A stretch of DNA of 64,000 nt from Nitrospirota bacterium. GTDB lineage: Bacteria; Nitrospirota; UBA9217. Below are positions 46,949 through 57,318 of the stretch, in pieces. The position numbers and the translations under genes are program-made. The DNA lies in the NCBI GenBank assembly GCA_963818475.1, contig CAWFSF010000002.1, positions 352,001-416,000 of the forward strand, given 5' to 3'. Under the pieces are notes generated by a model. That model was not told where the DNA came from, did not search any database, and saw only the letters and a program-made list of their open reading frames with translations. Numbering within the stretch: position 1 is the first letter of the stretch; each line of letters opens with the position of its first letter.

Positions 46949-47665
46949 TTAGCTGCCTGCAACCTTGTCAATATCGAGCAGGATGAACAACCGGCCGTCC
47001 TTGCGAGCAATGCCGCGAAGAAACTCGATGCCATGCTCGACCGTTTCCGGCACTGCCCGCACCAGGTCGGGCGAAAGCTTCACCACACCCGTCACCCGGT
47101 CCACAATGAATCCTATCTTTTCATCGTCCACCGAGACCACCACCACCCGGGACTTTTCGTTCATGGCTGCCGGGCCGAGGCCCAGGCGCTTGCCGAGGTC
47201 GATGATGGTCAGCATCGTGCCGCGCAGCGAGCTCACGCCGAGGATATACTCCGGCGCGTTCGGCACCGGCGTCAGGCTCCACATCTTGAGCACTTCGTTC
47301 ACTTGTTCGACGGCAACCACATACTCTTCCCCGCTCAGCAGAAAGGCGACCATCTCGGTCTCGGCCGCTGGTTCCGCGGGCAATGCTGCTTCAGCAACTG
47401 GCGGTCCCGGTGCCGGCCCATCACTTCGCAGGATTTCGGCAGCCTCAGGCGCAGGTAAAGCAGCCTCGGCTGCAACCATCGGAGCAACCTGCACTGCAGG
47501 TTCAGGCTCAACCGGCACAGGGGGCGACGGGACAACTGCTTCCGCTGGGGCGCTTTCCGGCGCTGCGGGGACTGGCTGCTGTTCGACGGAAGCGGACAGT
47601 TCTTCCTTCTTTTTTTCCGCCTGCGCCCGCTCAGCCGCCTTTTTTCGTGCTGCCAGAATGTCCAT
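46949..47665 (-). CDS. cheW: CheW with Pro/Ala/Glu-rich N-terminal extension
   Basis: VAFLLSGEEY, LTPVPNAPEYILGVSSLRG, GFIVDRV, FILLDI. Confidence 0.93.
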   Translation of the reverse strand: MDILAARKKAAERAQAEKKKEELSASVEQQPVPAAPESAPAEAVVPSPPVPVEPEPAVQVAPMVAAEAALPAPEAAEILRSDGPAPGPPVAEAALPAEPAAETEMVAFLLSGEEYVVAVEQVNEVLKMWSLTPVPNAPEYILGVSSLRGTMLTIIDLGKRLGLGPAAMNEKSRVVVVSVDDEKIGFIVDRVTGVVKLSPDLVRAVPETVEHGIEFLRGIARKDGRLFILLDIDKVAGS

Positions 47666-47701
47666 GGTAACCTTTAATACAAGATTCAATAGTGGTAATT
47701 A

Positions 47702-47845
47702 CTCAGGTCAAAACATTATCCGCAGATTTCACAGATTAAAACAAACTTGAATTATGTTTTATAAAATCTGCGTCGCTTAGAAGCGCCTACTTTTGGCCAT
47801 CTGCGTAATCTGCGGCCAAAAGGTTTTCTCTGGTGTAACGCCCTT
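47702..47845. repeat. ~140-bp intergenic element, copy 1
   Basis: CTCAGGTC..TATCCGCAGATT..GAATTATGTT..AAAATCTGCGTC..CATCTGCG.AATCTGCG..TTTTCTCTGGTGTAACGCCCTT; matches 48725-48858. Confidence 0.8.
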
Positions 47846-47875
47846 GCGGCCGATAGAGCGTAAGTGCGTTCTGTT

Positions 47876-48673
47876 CTACCCTAACTCCTTCACCACATCT
47901 TCAAGGATCTCCGCATTGATCATGGCAGCGCCCCGGCCGAAGCCCTCGAACAGGGCATTGCCGGCGATGATGTTGATGCGGCGCGGCACGCCGCCTGAAT
48001 GCTGATACAGGACTGCGATGGCTTCTTCGTCAAAGAGCGGTTCTGCCCTGCCTGCCACGCGGAGCCGGTGCTGGACGAACTCGCGGGTCTCGTCAAGGTC
48101 GAGCGGCCCCAGGTGATACTGCATCCCGATCCGCTGGCGAAGCGCCCGGTAGGGCTTTTTGTTCAGCCGCTCCCGGAGCTCGGTCTGGCCGATCAGCACC
48201 AGCGCCATGAGGTTGCGGTCGTCGAGCTGAAAGTTCGTGAGCAGCCGCAGCTCTTCGAAGGTCGCCTTGCCCGGAATAAGCTGCGCCTCGTCGATGATCA
48301 CGACGGTGCGCCGGCCTGCCTCAAAAAGCTCAAACAGCTTCGCATTGATCGCCTCGAGCACCTCATGCCGGTGCCTGCTTGCTTCTCCGATGCCCAGGCG
48401 GAGCGTAATGGTCCGCAGCAGCTGGGACGGCGAAAGCAGCGGATTGATGATCAGCACCGGATAATATCCGCTGTCCAGGGAATCGATGAGCGCCCGGGAC
48501 AGGGTCGTCTTGCCCGACCCGATATCGCCGGTCAACAGAACGATGTCCTGCTCTTCCACTGCAAGCTGGAGCCGCGCCAGCGCCTCGGCGTGCTTCCGCC
48601 CATGGAACAGGAAACGCGGGTCCGGCGTCTTGCTGAACGGCTTTTCCCTCAGTCCGTAAAAGTCTTCGTACAT
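47876..48673 (-). CDS. ExeA/GspA-family AAA ATPase
   Basis: YGLREKPFSKTPDPRF, GDIGSGKT, IIDEAQ, LIGQTEL, SGGVPRRIN. Confidence 0.93.
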   Translation of the reverse strand: MYEDFYGLREKPFSKTPDPRFLFHGRKHAEALARLQLAVEEQDIVLLTGDIGSGKTTLSRALIDSLDSGYYPVLIINPLLSPSQLLRTITLRLGIGEASRHRHEVLEAINAKLFELFEAGRRTVVIIDEAQLIPGKATFEELRLLTNFQLDDRNLMALVLIGQTELRERLNKKPYRALRQRIGMQYHLGPLDLDETREFVQHRLRVAGRAEPLFDEEAIAVLYQHSGGVPRRINIIAGNALFEGFGRGAAMINAEILEDVVKELG

Positions 48674-48724
48674 AGCGCGTTAACCATGGAATCTGGGTGA
48701 GAAACATGAAACCCTTTACACCTG

Positions 48725-48858
48725 CTCAGGTCCATATACTATCCGCAGATTACGCAGATTACGCAGATTAAAAAACAAACCCGAATTATGTTATTTAAAA
48801 TCTGCGTCCATCTGCGAAATCTGCGAACAAAAGGGTTTTTCTCTGGTGTAACGCCCTT
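48725..48858. repeat. ~135-bp intergenic element, copy 2
   Basis: Same blocks and orientation as 47702-47845; internal CGCAGATTA x3 / AATCTGCG inverted units. Confidence 0.8.
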
Positions 48859-48894
48859 CATTCCGCAATCCGAAATCCGCATTCCGCAATTTCG

Positions 48895-50904
48895 TTACGA
48901 GTATTGTCTCGTAACTCCTGCTTTTCTGAACGCTCCTTCGATGAGCGACTCCACGTCCAGAACGAGCACAACGCCCCGCTTGTCGCCGAGCTCGGTGGCG
49001 CCGGCGATGCCGGGGATCTCCGCCAGCCGCTTCCCGAGCGGTTTGATCACGATCTCCTGCTGGTCTTTGAGCCCTTCCACCACGATCCCGAGACGGCGCT
49101 CCGCAAGGCCGACAAGAATGACATAGAACGATCCGAACCGCTGCTCCCCGGCCAAATTGAAGGCCCGCGTAAGCCGAAGCAGCGGAACGGTGTCTTCCCG
49201 GATGGCGATGACCTCGCGCGTTTCCACGGTCCGCACCTGGTCCGGTGTGGCCTGCAGGATCTCGAGCACGGCGTTGAGCGGGATGGCGAACACCTGGCCG
49301 GCCGCCTCGACGATCAGCGCCTTGATGATGGCGAGCGTGATCGGGAGCGTCAGCGTGAACCGTGTTCCCACGCCGAGCTCGGTCTCGATGTCGATCATAC
49401 CGGAGAGCCGCGAGACGTTCTTTTTCACGACGTCCATGCCCACGCCGCGGCCGGAGATCTCGGTCACCGTATCGCGGGTGGTGAAGCCCGGCAGGAAGAT
49501 AAGATCGAGAATGTCCTTGCGGTCGATCACCGGATCGAGCCCGTGGTCGCTCTCAAGGATGCCCTTTTCGCACGGCCTTGGCCAGGATCGCTTCGGCCGA
49601 TATGCCGGCGCCGTCGTCCTCGACCGTGATCACCACGTGGTTGCCGCGCGGGAACGCCGTGAGCCTGACGCTGCCCTGCTCCGGCTTCCCGACCTGCCGC
49701 CGCACCTCGGGCGGTTCGATGCCGTGATCGATGGCGTTCCTGATGAGGTGCATCAGCGGGTCCGCAAGGTCTTCGATCATGAGCTTGTCGAGCTCCGTCT
49801 CTTCGCCCTGAAGCTGCAGATCGATCTCCTTGCCCGCATCCTTGGCGTATTTGCGGACCACCGACGACAGGCGCGTAAAGATCTGGCCGATGGGCACCAT
49901 CCGGACCTCGAGGATGCCCTCCTGCAGTTCGTTCAGCTTCCGCTCGAGGCTCTTGTGCGCCTTGTGCAGCTCCACGGAGATGCCGGTATAGCCCTGGAGC
50001 TGCCGCAGTTCCTTCACGATCCTGCCGATGATGTTCTTGGTCAGATGCATCTCGCCGACGGTGTTCATGAGGCTGTCGAGGCGGAAGATGTCGACGCGCA
50101 CGGTATTGCTCACGGATTTGAGCATCGTTGCTTCGGGTTTCGCTTCTTCGGCCTTCGCGCCCTGGCGGTACGCCACCGGCTCGATCGAGACGTTCGGCAG
50201 GGCCAGGGCCGCGGTCAGCGCGGCGCGGTCCTTTGGCGTGCCGAGGACCATGGTAAAACCGATGCCGCTGCCCTGTGCGCCTGCGGTCGGCAGGGTGCAG
50301 ATGATCTCGCCGTTCTTCTTGAGCGGTCTCGTTCAGGGCCTTGATCCCGGCTTCGAAATCAGTGAGCTCGTACGACAACCTTGACCATGAACAGGTTCGT
50401 TCGCTCTCGGATGTTCTCCTTCAGCCGGTATTCCTCGTACTCCGTCAGGACCTGCAGGATCCCCCGGTCGAGATCGATCTGCTCCAGCAGCGACCGGCCC
50501 TCTGCTGCCGAGGGTTTTGCCTTCAGGACCGCGTCAATGCGTTCCATGGCCGGGGTGATGTCATCGCTCGGCTGGCGGGCAGCCACCTGCTGCACCAGCC
50601 GCCCGATGAGCGAAAGCGTCTCGAGCACCACATCCAGGGCCTGCCGGCCCAGAGCGACCTTGCCGAGCCTGAGTTCGTCCAGCAGGAACTCCAGCTTATG
50701 CGTGATGTCCGACGGGGCCTTGAGCCCGTACATCCCGGCCAGGCCCTTGAACGAATGAACGGCGCGGAACAGCGAGTTCAGGACGTCCGGGTCGGTGCGG
50801 CCCGCGGCCAGGGCGTTCTCGAGCGACAGCAGCGCCTGGTTGGCCGTCTCCAGGATGTCCTCCGCCTCTGCCAGAAAATCTTTTATGGGCCGGTCTGAAG
50901 TCAC
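48895..50904 (-). CDS. cheA: chemotaxis histidine kinase (frameshifted)
   Basis: Hpt LFRAVHSFKG, VRVD..LDSLMN, HLIRNAIDHG, EDDGAGI, FLPGFTT..SGRGVGMDVV, C-terminal CheW domain. Confidence 0.95.
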
Positions 50905-50998
50905 GCTATCGCTCCCGATCAAATGCGGATCAAATGTGGAATGCACGCATATGTCCTACAGGCTTTCTCGCTCCGAACTCCGAACTCCAGGCTCCGCA

Positions 50999-51373
50999 CT
51001 ACGTACCACTCCCCAGCACCTTCCCTACCGCAGCCATGAGGTCGGCCCTGGTAAACGGCTTCACCACATAGCCGGCCGCGCCGAGCGCCAGGCCGCGCTT
51101 CACGTCCTCCTCGGTCTTTTCCGTGCTGACGATGATCAGCGGGATGTCCCGGTAGGCGGGGTTGGACTTCACAAAGCCGATCAGTTCAAGTCCGTTGATG
51201 TCGGGCATGTTGATGTCGGTGATGATGAGGTCGAAGCGGCGCGTCGGGAGCGTTTTCAGGGCCTCGAATCCGTTCGCCGCCTCGACAACGTAGAATCCGC
51301 CGGCCTCCTCGAGCGACACGCGGATCATCGAGCGGATGGCCTTGGAATCCTCCACGATGAGAATGTTCTTCAT
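50999..51373 (-). CDS. cheY: CheY response regulator
   Basis: MKNILIVEDS, ITDINMPDING, VSTE, YVVKPF. Confidence 0.92.
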   Translation of the reverse strand: MKNILIVEDSKAIRSMIRVSLEEAGGFYVVEAANGFEALKTLPTRRFDLIITDINMPDINGLELIGFVKSNPAYRDIPLIIVSTEKTEEDVKRGLALGAAGYVVKPFTRADLMAAVGKVLGSGT

Positions 51374-52582
51374 CTTCTCTCCTTCTGCAGTTCCGCGATC
51401 CGCTTTTCGAGCAGCGCCTTTTCGAGCGCCATTCCCGCCTGGTTCATGAAGATCTCGAGCGTGTCGACGCCCCTGATCGGACTGCCGTTCGGGCAGGTTG
51501 TCGCCGTAGACGACCAGGACCACCTTGCTGTCGACGACCAGGGGAATGGCAAGCACCGGATCGGGCTGCGCGCCGCCGAGCTCGTTGGCAAGATAATTAT
51601 TGCATTCGTTCGATTCGAGCGGCCCCAGATAGCTGCGCCGGTTCTCGATGACGGTCAGGAACAGGGACGGTTTGTTGAGCGGGATCTTGATGTTGCGCAC
51701 GACCTGGTCGGCCGAGCGCCCCTTCAGCTCGATGCCGAACTGGCCGAGCCCCCGCACCTCGTCCTTCTTGACCATGAACAGAACAGCGCGGTTCACGACC
51801 TCGCTGGCATAGCGCAGGATCAGCAGCGTGACTTCGGAAGTCGCCGTGGGAAACCGAAGCTCATCGAACATGGACCTGAGCGTCGAGATCTCTCGCTGCG
51901 GCGCTTCGGTCTCGATGCGGGTGCGGAATTCTTCTTTGGCGGGTTCGTAGCTGACATGCGCCGGAGCAGCAGGCGGCGGCAGGGGCCGCAGCCGGCGGCT
52001 GGCGGCGTTGGCGGCGCTGCAGGGGCCGGGGCTGCTTTGGACGCCGGGGAAGGCGCCGATTTCCGGCTTTCGTGGCGCCGCTCGTCGAGGATCCGGGTGC
52101 CCTCCATCAGCAGATACTCGGCGCTGATGCCGCGACTTGAGGAGGAACTCCTGGGTGTCGATCTCGATCTTGTCCTTCGGCGCGATCTCGCCGAGCTCAA
52201 AATTGAAAAATCCTTCTTCCCAGGCCAGCAGGTCGTAAATGATCTCCTCGATCTGCTTGCGCACCACGGTCTGGAGGGTCTCCGGCGGGACCAGCCCCAT
52301 CTCGACAAGGATCATGCCGAGCGGGGTATCGGTCTCCTTTTTCTGGCGCGCCAGCGCCTGCGCAAGGCCCGGTGCGGTCAGCATGCCCTGCGACACCAGG
52401 ATGTTGCCCAGCGAGTCGCGGATGCCGTCACTGGCGGCCTGGATGACCTGGCCGTTCTTGAACACAACCATCCCCATTCCCTTGCGGCTTCGCACAACAA
52501 GGGTGCCGGTCTTTTTACTTAGACTGATGATCTGGAAAATATCCGGTAAGGCAAGATCTTCCAGCCTGCCGACAAGGCTCAT
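51370..52582 (-). CDS. DUF4388 (PatA-like N-terminal) + GAF-like domain protein
   Basis: MSLVGRLEDLALPDIFQIISLSKKTGTL, LLAWEEGFFNF, YLLMEG, YASEVVNRAVLF, VYGDN; natural end ..AELQKERR* overlaps the cheY start. Confidence 0.85.
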
Positions 52583-52610
52583 GCATTCTCCGTAGTACGC
52601 AGTTCGCCAA

Positions 52611-52638
52611 ATTATAGCAGTTTAGACAATAAATGCAA
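52611..52638 (-). promoter_or_regulatory. sigma70 promoter at the head of the chemosensory cluster
   Basis: TTGCAT-16 nt-TATAAT with an extended -10 (TG-C-TATAAT), about 30 nt upstream of the ATG. Confidence 0.6.
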
Positions 52639-52881
52639 GATTAATTCATCAGTTAGGGGGGGTGCGCGGAAGGAGGATAAGCAGGGCTAACGCTGATGCA
52701 GGGCCGGTCAGAGCACCGGTGTTTTCTCTCATGATGGCAGGCAAAGAAGCCATGACAGAGATATTAAAACAGAAAATCTCAAATCACAAAAGCAGGTGTA
52801 TTGCGGCGTCCAGGGAATGCACAGAATTGCACCCCCGTGTGATTTTTCTGCAGCCGGGGCTATGAAGCGTGGCTCCCCGGA

Positions 52882-53379
52882 TCAGGTGTTCCTGAAGTTC
52901 TCGAACTGAAGCTCGATGCCGAAGTCCTTTCCTTTCAGGAGTTGGATGACCGTCTGGAGGTCATCCCTGCTTTTGCCGGTGACGCGGACCTGGTCCGACT
53001 GGATCGAGGCCTGCACCTTGATCTTGGAGTCCTTGATCGCCTTCACGACCTCTTTGGCCTTGTCGACGGGGATGCCCTGCTGAAGGGTCAGCCGCTGCCG
53101 TACCGTGCCCGAGAGGGCCGGCTCCAGCTTGCCGTAGGAGATGTTCCGGGTCGGCACGCCGCGCTTCACGAGCTTTCCCTGGAGGATATCGATGACGCTC
53201 TTGAGCTTATATTCATCGTCGGACGCGACCACGAGGTCGTCCTTTTCCTGCGTGATGTTCGACTTGCTTCCTTTAAAATCGAAGCGCTGGCCGATCTCCT
53301 TCAGGGCCTGGGTCACGGCGTTCGTGACCTCGGCCATGTCGATCTTTGATACCACGTCAAAAGAATTTTCTGCAGCCAT
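52882..53379 (-). CDS. yajQ: YajQ family nucleotide-binding protein
   Basis: [48 protein letters not shown]. Confidence 0.95.
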   Translation of the reverse strand: MAAENSFDVVSKIDMAEVTNAVTQALKEIGQRFDFKGSKSNITQEKDDLVVASDDEYKLKSVIDILQGKLVKRGVPTRNISYGKLEPALSGTVRQRLTLQQGIPVDKAKEVVKAIKDSKIKVQASIQSDQVRVTGKSRDDLQTVIQLLKGKDFGIELQFENFRNT

Positions 53380-53525
53380 GGTTGCCTCCTTAGTGAAATT
53401 CAGATCACGAAGGCAGGAAGATCCAAGAAGTTTCAAGAATCAAATTCAAACTTCGTTTCGGTTATTTGCACTGCCATTTGGCTTCTTACTTCTGTAATTC
53501 GTTACTTTTGCCTGATTTTTATCTT

Positions 53526-54222
53526 TCACTGTTCAATAACTTCCGTTCCCTTGGGCGCTTTGAACACGAAGCGCTTGTCGTCGATGCCTGCGCCTTCCCG
53601 CATGTCGGAAAAAATAATTTCCGTCCTGTTCCCCGTTTTGTCCAAAATATCAAGCGAAGCAATGCGGCCGGCGTCATCGGACCCGAGGATCAGTTTTTTC
53701 ATGGCAGCGCCGGTCTTTTTCGGGACCAGTTCGAGCCGCCGCGGAGCTGTTGGATCGGGCTGGCGCACCTCGAAATCGTCGCGGATATGCGCTGCGCCCA
53801 GCAGGAACGCAACGGGAATGTTCATCTGCTCGATATCGGAAAAGGTCTTCTTGACGACCTGCTCGCTCTTCAGGGAATAGAACAGCGCTGCCTTGCCATC
53901 GACCAGGATGACCTGGCCGTTCGTGTAGTCAAGGCGCAGCCTGCCCGGCTTTTTGATCCAGAGCACAGCCTCAAAGGTCTGCGTCTTATCGAGCGACTTG
54001 AGGTGGTTCTTCTGGACCACTTTTGCCGTAAGGTCAATGAGTTCCCGGTAATGGTTCTCGACGGCCAGAACCGCCTCCTCAACGGACTGAGCTGCTGCCG
54101 GCGGCACGAACGCGGCTGCGACTAGAGCGAGGAAGAAGGCTGCCGCTGCAAGAATTCGTTCTTTCCCTGCAGGAGCACCGGAGGATACCTTTGAGTTCGT
54201 TTGTTCGATTAGTAGTTGCCAT
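53526..54222 (-). CDS. lolA: outer-membrane lipoprotein carrier LolA (start approximate)
   Basis: Signal peptide, IKKPGRLRLDY..ILVDG, LELVPK, DKTGNRTEIIF, FVFKAPKGTEVI. Confidence 0.88.
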
Positions 54223-54442
54223 GTTCTTCTCCAATGTGTAGCATCATACCATAAATAATTTTCCCTGAGAAGATAGAAAAGAACAGGTCTTGATGACTCG
54301 TGGCAGACTGTTTCACTCAGGGGCACTGAGGGAACAGAGAGAGCGGCGGCGTTTTCAGATCGATTATCGACCTGCAGGTTTTTACTGTTAACGAATGCAT
54401 CAACCTTGACAATACCCTGTCTCACGATTATCATGCAGCCTT

Positions 54443-55327
54443 ATGAACCCTCGCACTGCTGTTGACGACTCCATCCTGCAATGCCCGGTCTGCCGGGAAG
54501 CCCTGCTCCGTGCCGCAAGCGGCTACCAATGCGCGAATAAACACAGCTTTGATGCCGCCCGCCAGGGATACGTCAATTTTCTCCTTGCCCACAAGAAGCA
54601 TTCCAAAGAACCTGGCGATAGCCGGGAAATGATTGAGAGCCGGAGAAGATTTCTGGACCGGGGGGTTTACAACAGGGTATCTGACGGCATCAACGGGGCC
54701 GTTGCCGACGATCTCGGCCGGCCGGAGCGCGGACGGCCTTTCACCATTCTTGACGCCGGCTGCGGAGAGGGCTTTTATCTGAAGCGGCTCAAAGAATCTC
54801 TGGCACAGAGGCCGGGGACGCCATGCCCCGTTGATTATTACGGCGTCGACATCTCCAAGGTTGCAGTCCGCCAGGCAACACAGCGCGACAAGACGATGAA
54901 CTGGTTCGTTGCCAGCATCGTTGACCTGCCTTTTGCGCCCGGCGCCCTCGATATTGTTCTGAATGTTTTTTCGCTGGCGGATTTTGCCGAGTTCTCCCGC
55001 ATCCTGCGAGCCTCGGGAAAACTCGTGATCGCGAGCCCCGGCCCGCGGCACCTCAACGGCTTGCGGGAGATCATTTATCCGGTAGCCCGGGAGCATGCCG
55101 GGTCAACAAGGGCTGAACAAGCGAGAGGCCTTTTTTCTCTTGCTGATGAAAAGAGAATTAATTATCAGCTGGAGCTGCAGAGCAGCCAGGAGATCATGGA
55201 CCTTCTGGCAATGACTCCCTATTTCTGGAACATCGACCTGAACACGAAATCCAAGGTGGAGGCTCTTGACCGGCTGGCGCTGGATGTCGACGTGCTGATA
55301 AGCGTCTTCAAAAAGACCGCGCGATGA
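54443..55327 (+). CDS. rlmA: RlmA-family rRNA m1G methyltransferase
   Basis: CPVC..CANKHSFDAARQGYVNFL, PGDSREM, LDAGCGEGFY, MTPYFW. Confidence 0.88.
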   Translation: MNPRTAVDDSILQCPVCREALLRAASGYQCANKHSFDAARQGYVNFLLAHKKHSKEPGDSREMIESRRRFLDRGVYNRVSDGINGAVADDLGRPERGRPFTILDAGCGEGFYLKRLKESLAQRPGTPCPVDYYGVDISKVAVRQATQRDKTMNWFVASIVDLPFAPGALDIVLNVFSLADFAEFSRILRASGKLVIASPGPRHLNGLREIIYPVAREHAGSTRAEQARGLFSLADEKRINYQLELQSSQEIMDLLAMTPYFWNIDLNTKSKVEALDRLALDVDVLISVFKKTAR

Positions 55328-55458
55328 AGCCGACGGAGAGGCCGCACGCCATGGAATGAAAAGCGACACGCAAAGCAGAAGGCCGTCAGACTATTGCGTT
55401 CGGGCAGGGGCGGGACAAGAGATACTGAGTGAGAAAAGACCTGGTGAGGAAAAGAACG

Positions 55459-55489
55459 AGGCCCGCTTCTTGGAAGATGAGCGGGCCTC
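55459..55489. terminator. hairpin between convergent rlmA and HU genes
   Basis: AGGCCCGCT..AGCGGGCCT followed by a T-run on the minus strand. Confidence 0.55.
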
Positions 55490-55507
55490 ATTCCTGAAAA
55501 GAAATGA

Positions 55508-55795
55508 TTACTTTGCGCCGAGGATCGCGTCTTTGGCTGCTTTGGCAACGCGGAACTTGACGACTTTCTTCGCCTTGATCTTGATGGCTTCACCGGTCGC
55601 AGGGTTTCTGCCCATACGGGCTTTGCGCTGTACGAGCACGAGCTTGCCGATGCCGGGCAGCGTGAAGGTGTTCTTCGCTTCCTTATAGGCAACTTCTGCG
55701 ATGAACTCCAGGATGTCGCTGGCAGCCTTCTTGGTAAGTGATGCCTTCTCTGCGAGCTTTGCTACCAACTGCGATTTCGTCATTGCTTTTGCCAT
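55508..55795 (-). CDS. hup: HU family DNA-binding protein
   Basis: MTKSQLV, PGIGKL..RKARMGRNPATGEAIKI..VKFR. Confidence 0.95.
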   Translation of the reverse strand: MAKAMTKSQLVAKLAEKASLTKKAASDILEFIAEVAYKEAKNTFTLPGIGKLVLVQRKARMGRNPATGEAIKIKAKKVVKFRVAKAAKDAILGAK

Positions 55796-55889
55796 GTAAC
55801 CCCTCCTGTAAAGTAGAATGTGCGTACAATGCTGTAACTATAAGCTATTGAGCGCTTGTTGGCAAGCACTCTCTTCATTTTATTTTTGA

Positions 55890-57101
55890 TCAGAAATTTG
55901 CACCTTCCCCTGCCCTCCGTTCCAGGAGCATGGCTTTCAGCACCTTGCCGAGCCTGCTTATCCCCGTCCTGATCGTCTCCTCATCAACGCTCGAAAAATT
56001 GAGCCGCAGGGTGTTGACGTTCTTTCTGTTGACGTAAAAGGGATCACCCGGTACAAATGCCACTTTCTGCTGAATGGCCCGCTCGAACACCGTAAGCGCT
56101 GCCAGTCCTACGGGCAGGGTGATCCAGAGGAACATTCCGCCTTCCGGCAGGGTGTACCGCGTCTCCGCGGGAAAGTGTTCCTGGATAGCCGCGACCATTG
56201 CCTCCCGCTGGCTCCCATATGCCTTTCTGATCAGGGCGATATGTTTGTCGAGATCGTTATCCTTCAGGTACTGGAGAATGATCCTTTGTCCAAGATAGTT
56301 CGTGTGCAGATCAGCTGCCTGCTTTGCGGTGATCAGCTTGTCCATGATCGCATCAGTGGCAACGATCCATCCTATCCTGAGCGACGGGGCGATGATCTTT
56401 GAAAACGAGCCGAGCAGCACGCTCGTATCGGGCATGAACTGACGGAAGGACGGTTTCTGCTGCCCGAGGAAGCGCAATTCACCGTAGGGATCATCTTCAA
56501 CAAGGATCGTTTTCCTTCCCTTCAGCGCCTGCGCCACAGCTTCCCGATTCTCTTTTGAATAGCTGATGCCTGAAGGATTCTGAAAATTCGGCACACAATA
56601 GAACAGCTTTGGCGCGTGCTGCGACAACACGTTTTGCAGCACATCAAGAGCAGCGCCTTCCTCGCTGACGGGTACCGGATGGAAAACCGGCCTGTAGAGC
56701 GAGAACGCCTGGATCGCACCCAGATATCCCGGCTCCTCGACGATAACGCCATCCCCTTCGTTGATGATCGTTTTCCCGAGAAGGTCGAGACCCTGCTGCG
56801 AACCGGTGGTGATGAGGATATGGCTGGGATCGATTCTTATGCCCTGCTTCAAATAATACCGGTTCGCGATCCATCTGCGCAGCTCCGGGTCGCCCTCGGT
56901 GGAGCTGTATTGCAGCGCATCTTTACCGGACTCCTCCAACACTTTGTTGGCAGCCGCTTGTATCTCCCGGACCGGGAACAGATCGCGGTTCGGCAGCCCG
57001 CCGGCAAAGGAGATGATGGATTCATCGATCGCAACTTTCAGGATCTCCCGGATGAATGACCGGGGAACATCGCTTATCCGGTCGGAAAAAATGCTGTTCA
57101 T
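55890..57101 (-). CDS. PLP-dependent aminotransferase class I/II (LysN/ARO8-like)
   Basis: ISFAGGLP, ITTGSQQGL, PNFQNPSG, EDDPYGEL, SFSKIIAPSLRIGW, PEGGMFLW, LRLNFS. Confidence 0.93.
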   Translation of the reverse strand: MNSIFSDRISDVPRSFIREILKVAIDESIISFAGGLPNRDLFPVREIQAAANKVLEESGKDALQYSSTEGDPELRRWIANRYYLKQGIRIDPSHILITTGSQQGLDLLGKTIINEGDGVIVEEPGYLGAIQAFSLYRPVFHPVPVSEEGAALDVLQNVLSQHAPKLFYCVPNFQNPSGISYSKENREAVAQALKGRKTILVEDDPYGELRFLGQQKPSFRQFMPDTSVLLGSFSKIIAPSLRIGWIVATDAIMDKLITAKQAADLHTNYLGQRIILQYLKDNDLDKHIALIRKAYGSQREAMVAAIQEHFPAETRYTLPEGGMFLWITLPVGLAALTVFERAIQQKVAFVPGDPFYVNRKNVNTLRLNFSSVDEETIRTGISRLGKVLKAMLLERRAGEGANF

Positions 57102-57318
57102 AACCCGCCCCCCGCTCTCTTGTCCTGGTGAATTTTTATATCATACTCCAAGTGAGCCGTCCAATCAAGTGGGGGAGCAAAAAGGAACACGGGGGGACAT
57201 CCTTGTGTTCGCCGCTTACGGTTGTCAAACGTTCTGCGGTAAATGAAAGAGAAATAGAACGTAGAGAAAACGATCAGCGTAACGGAGAGCATATTTTTCT
57301 ATACGCTGCCAAAAATAA

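Noticed and set aside
50999-52582. 527-aa DUF4388-CheY fusion in the ORF track
   Set aside because: An alternative frame (51370-51591) gives a natural end ..AELQKERR* overlapping the cheY ATG; the fusion is a frameshift artefact.
52649-52753. 34-aa minus-strand ORF ending LLILLPRTPPN, resembling a RAPP-like arrest peptide; region also inspected for a tRNA
   Set aside because: No RBS, the motif is imperfect, a promoter lies downstream of it, and no cloverleaf or T-loop is present.
1-54300. Calling the frameshifted genes pseudogenes or programmed frameshifts
   Set aside because: Too many conserved genes are affected, catalytic motifs are intact, and I saw no consistent slippery sites.
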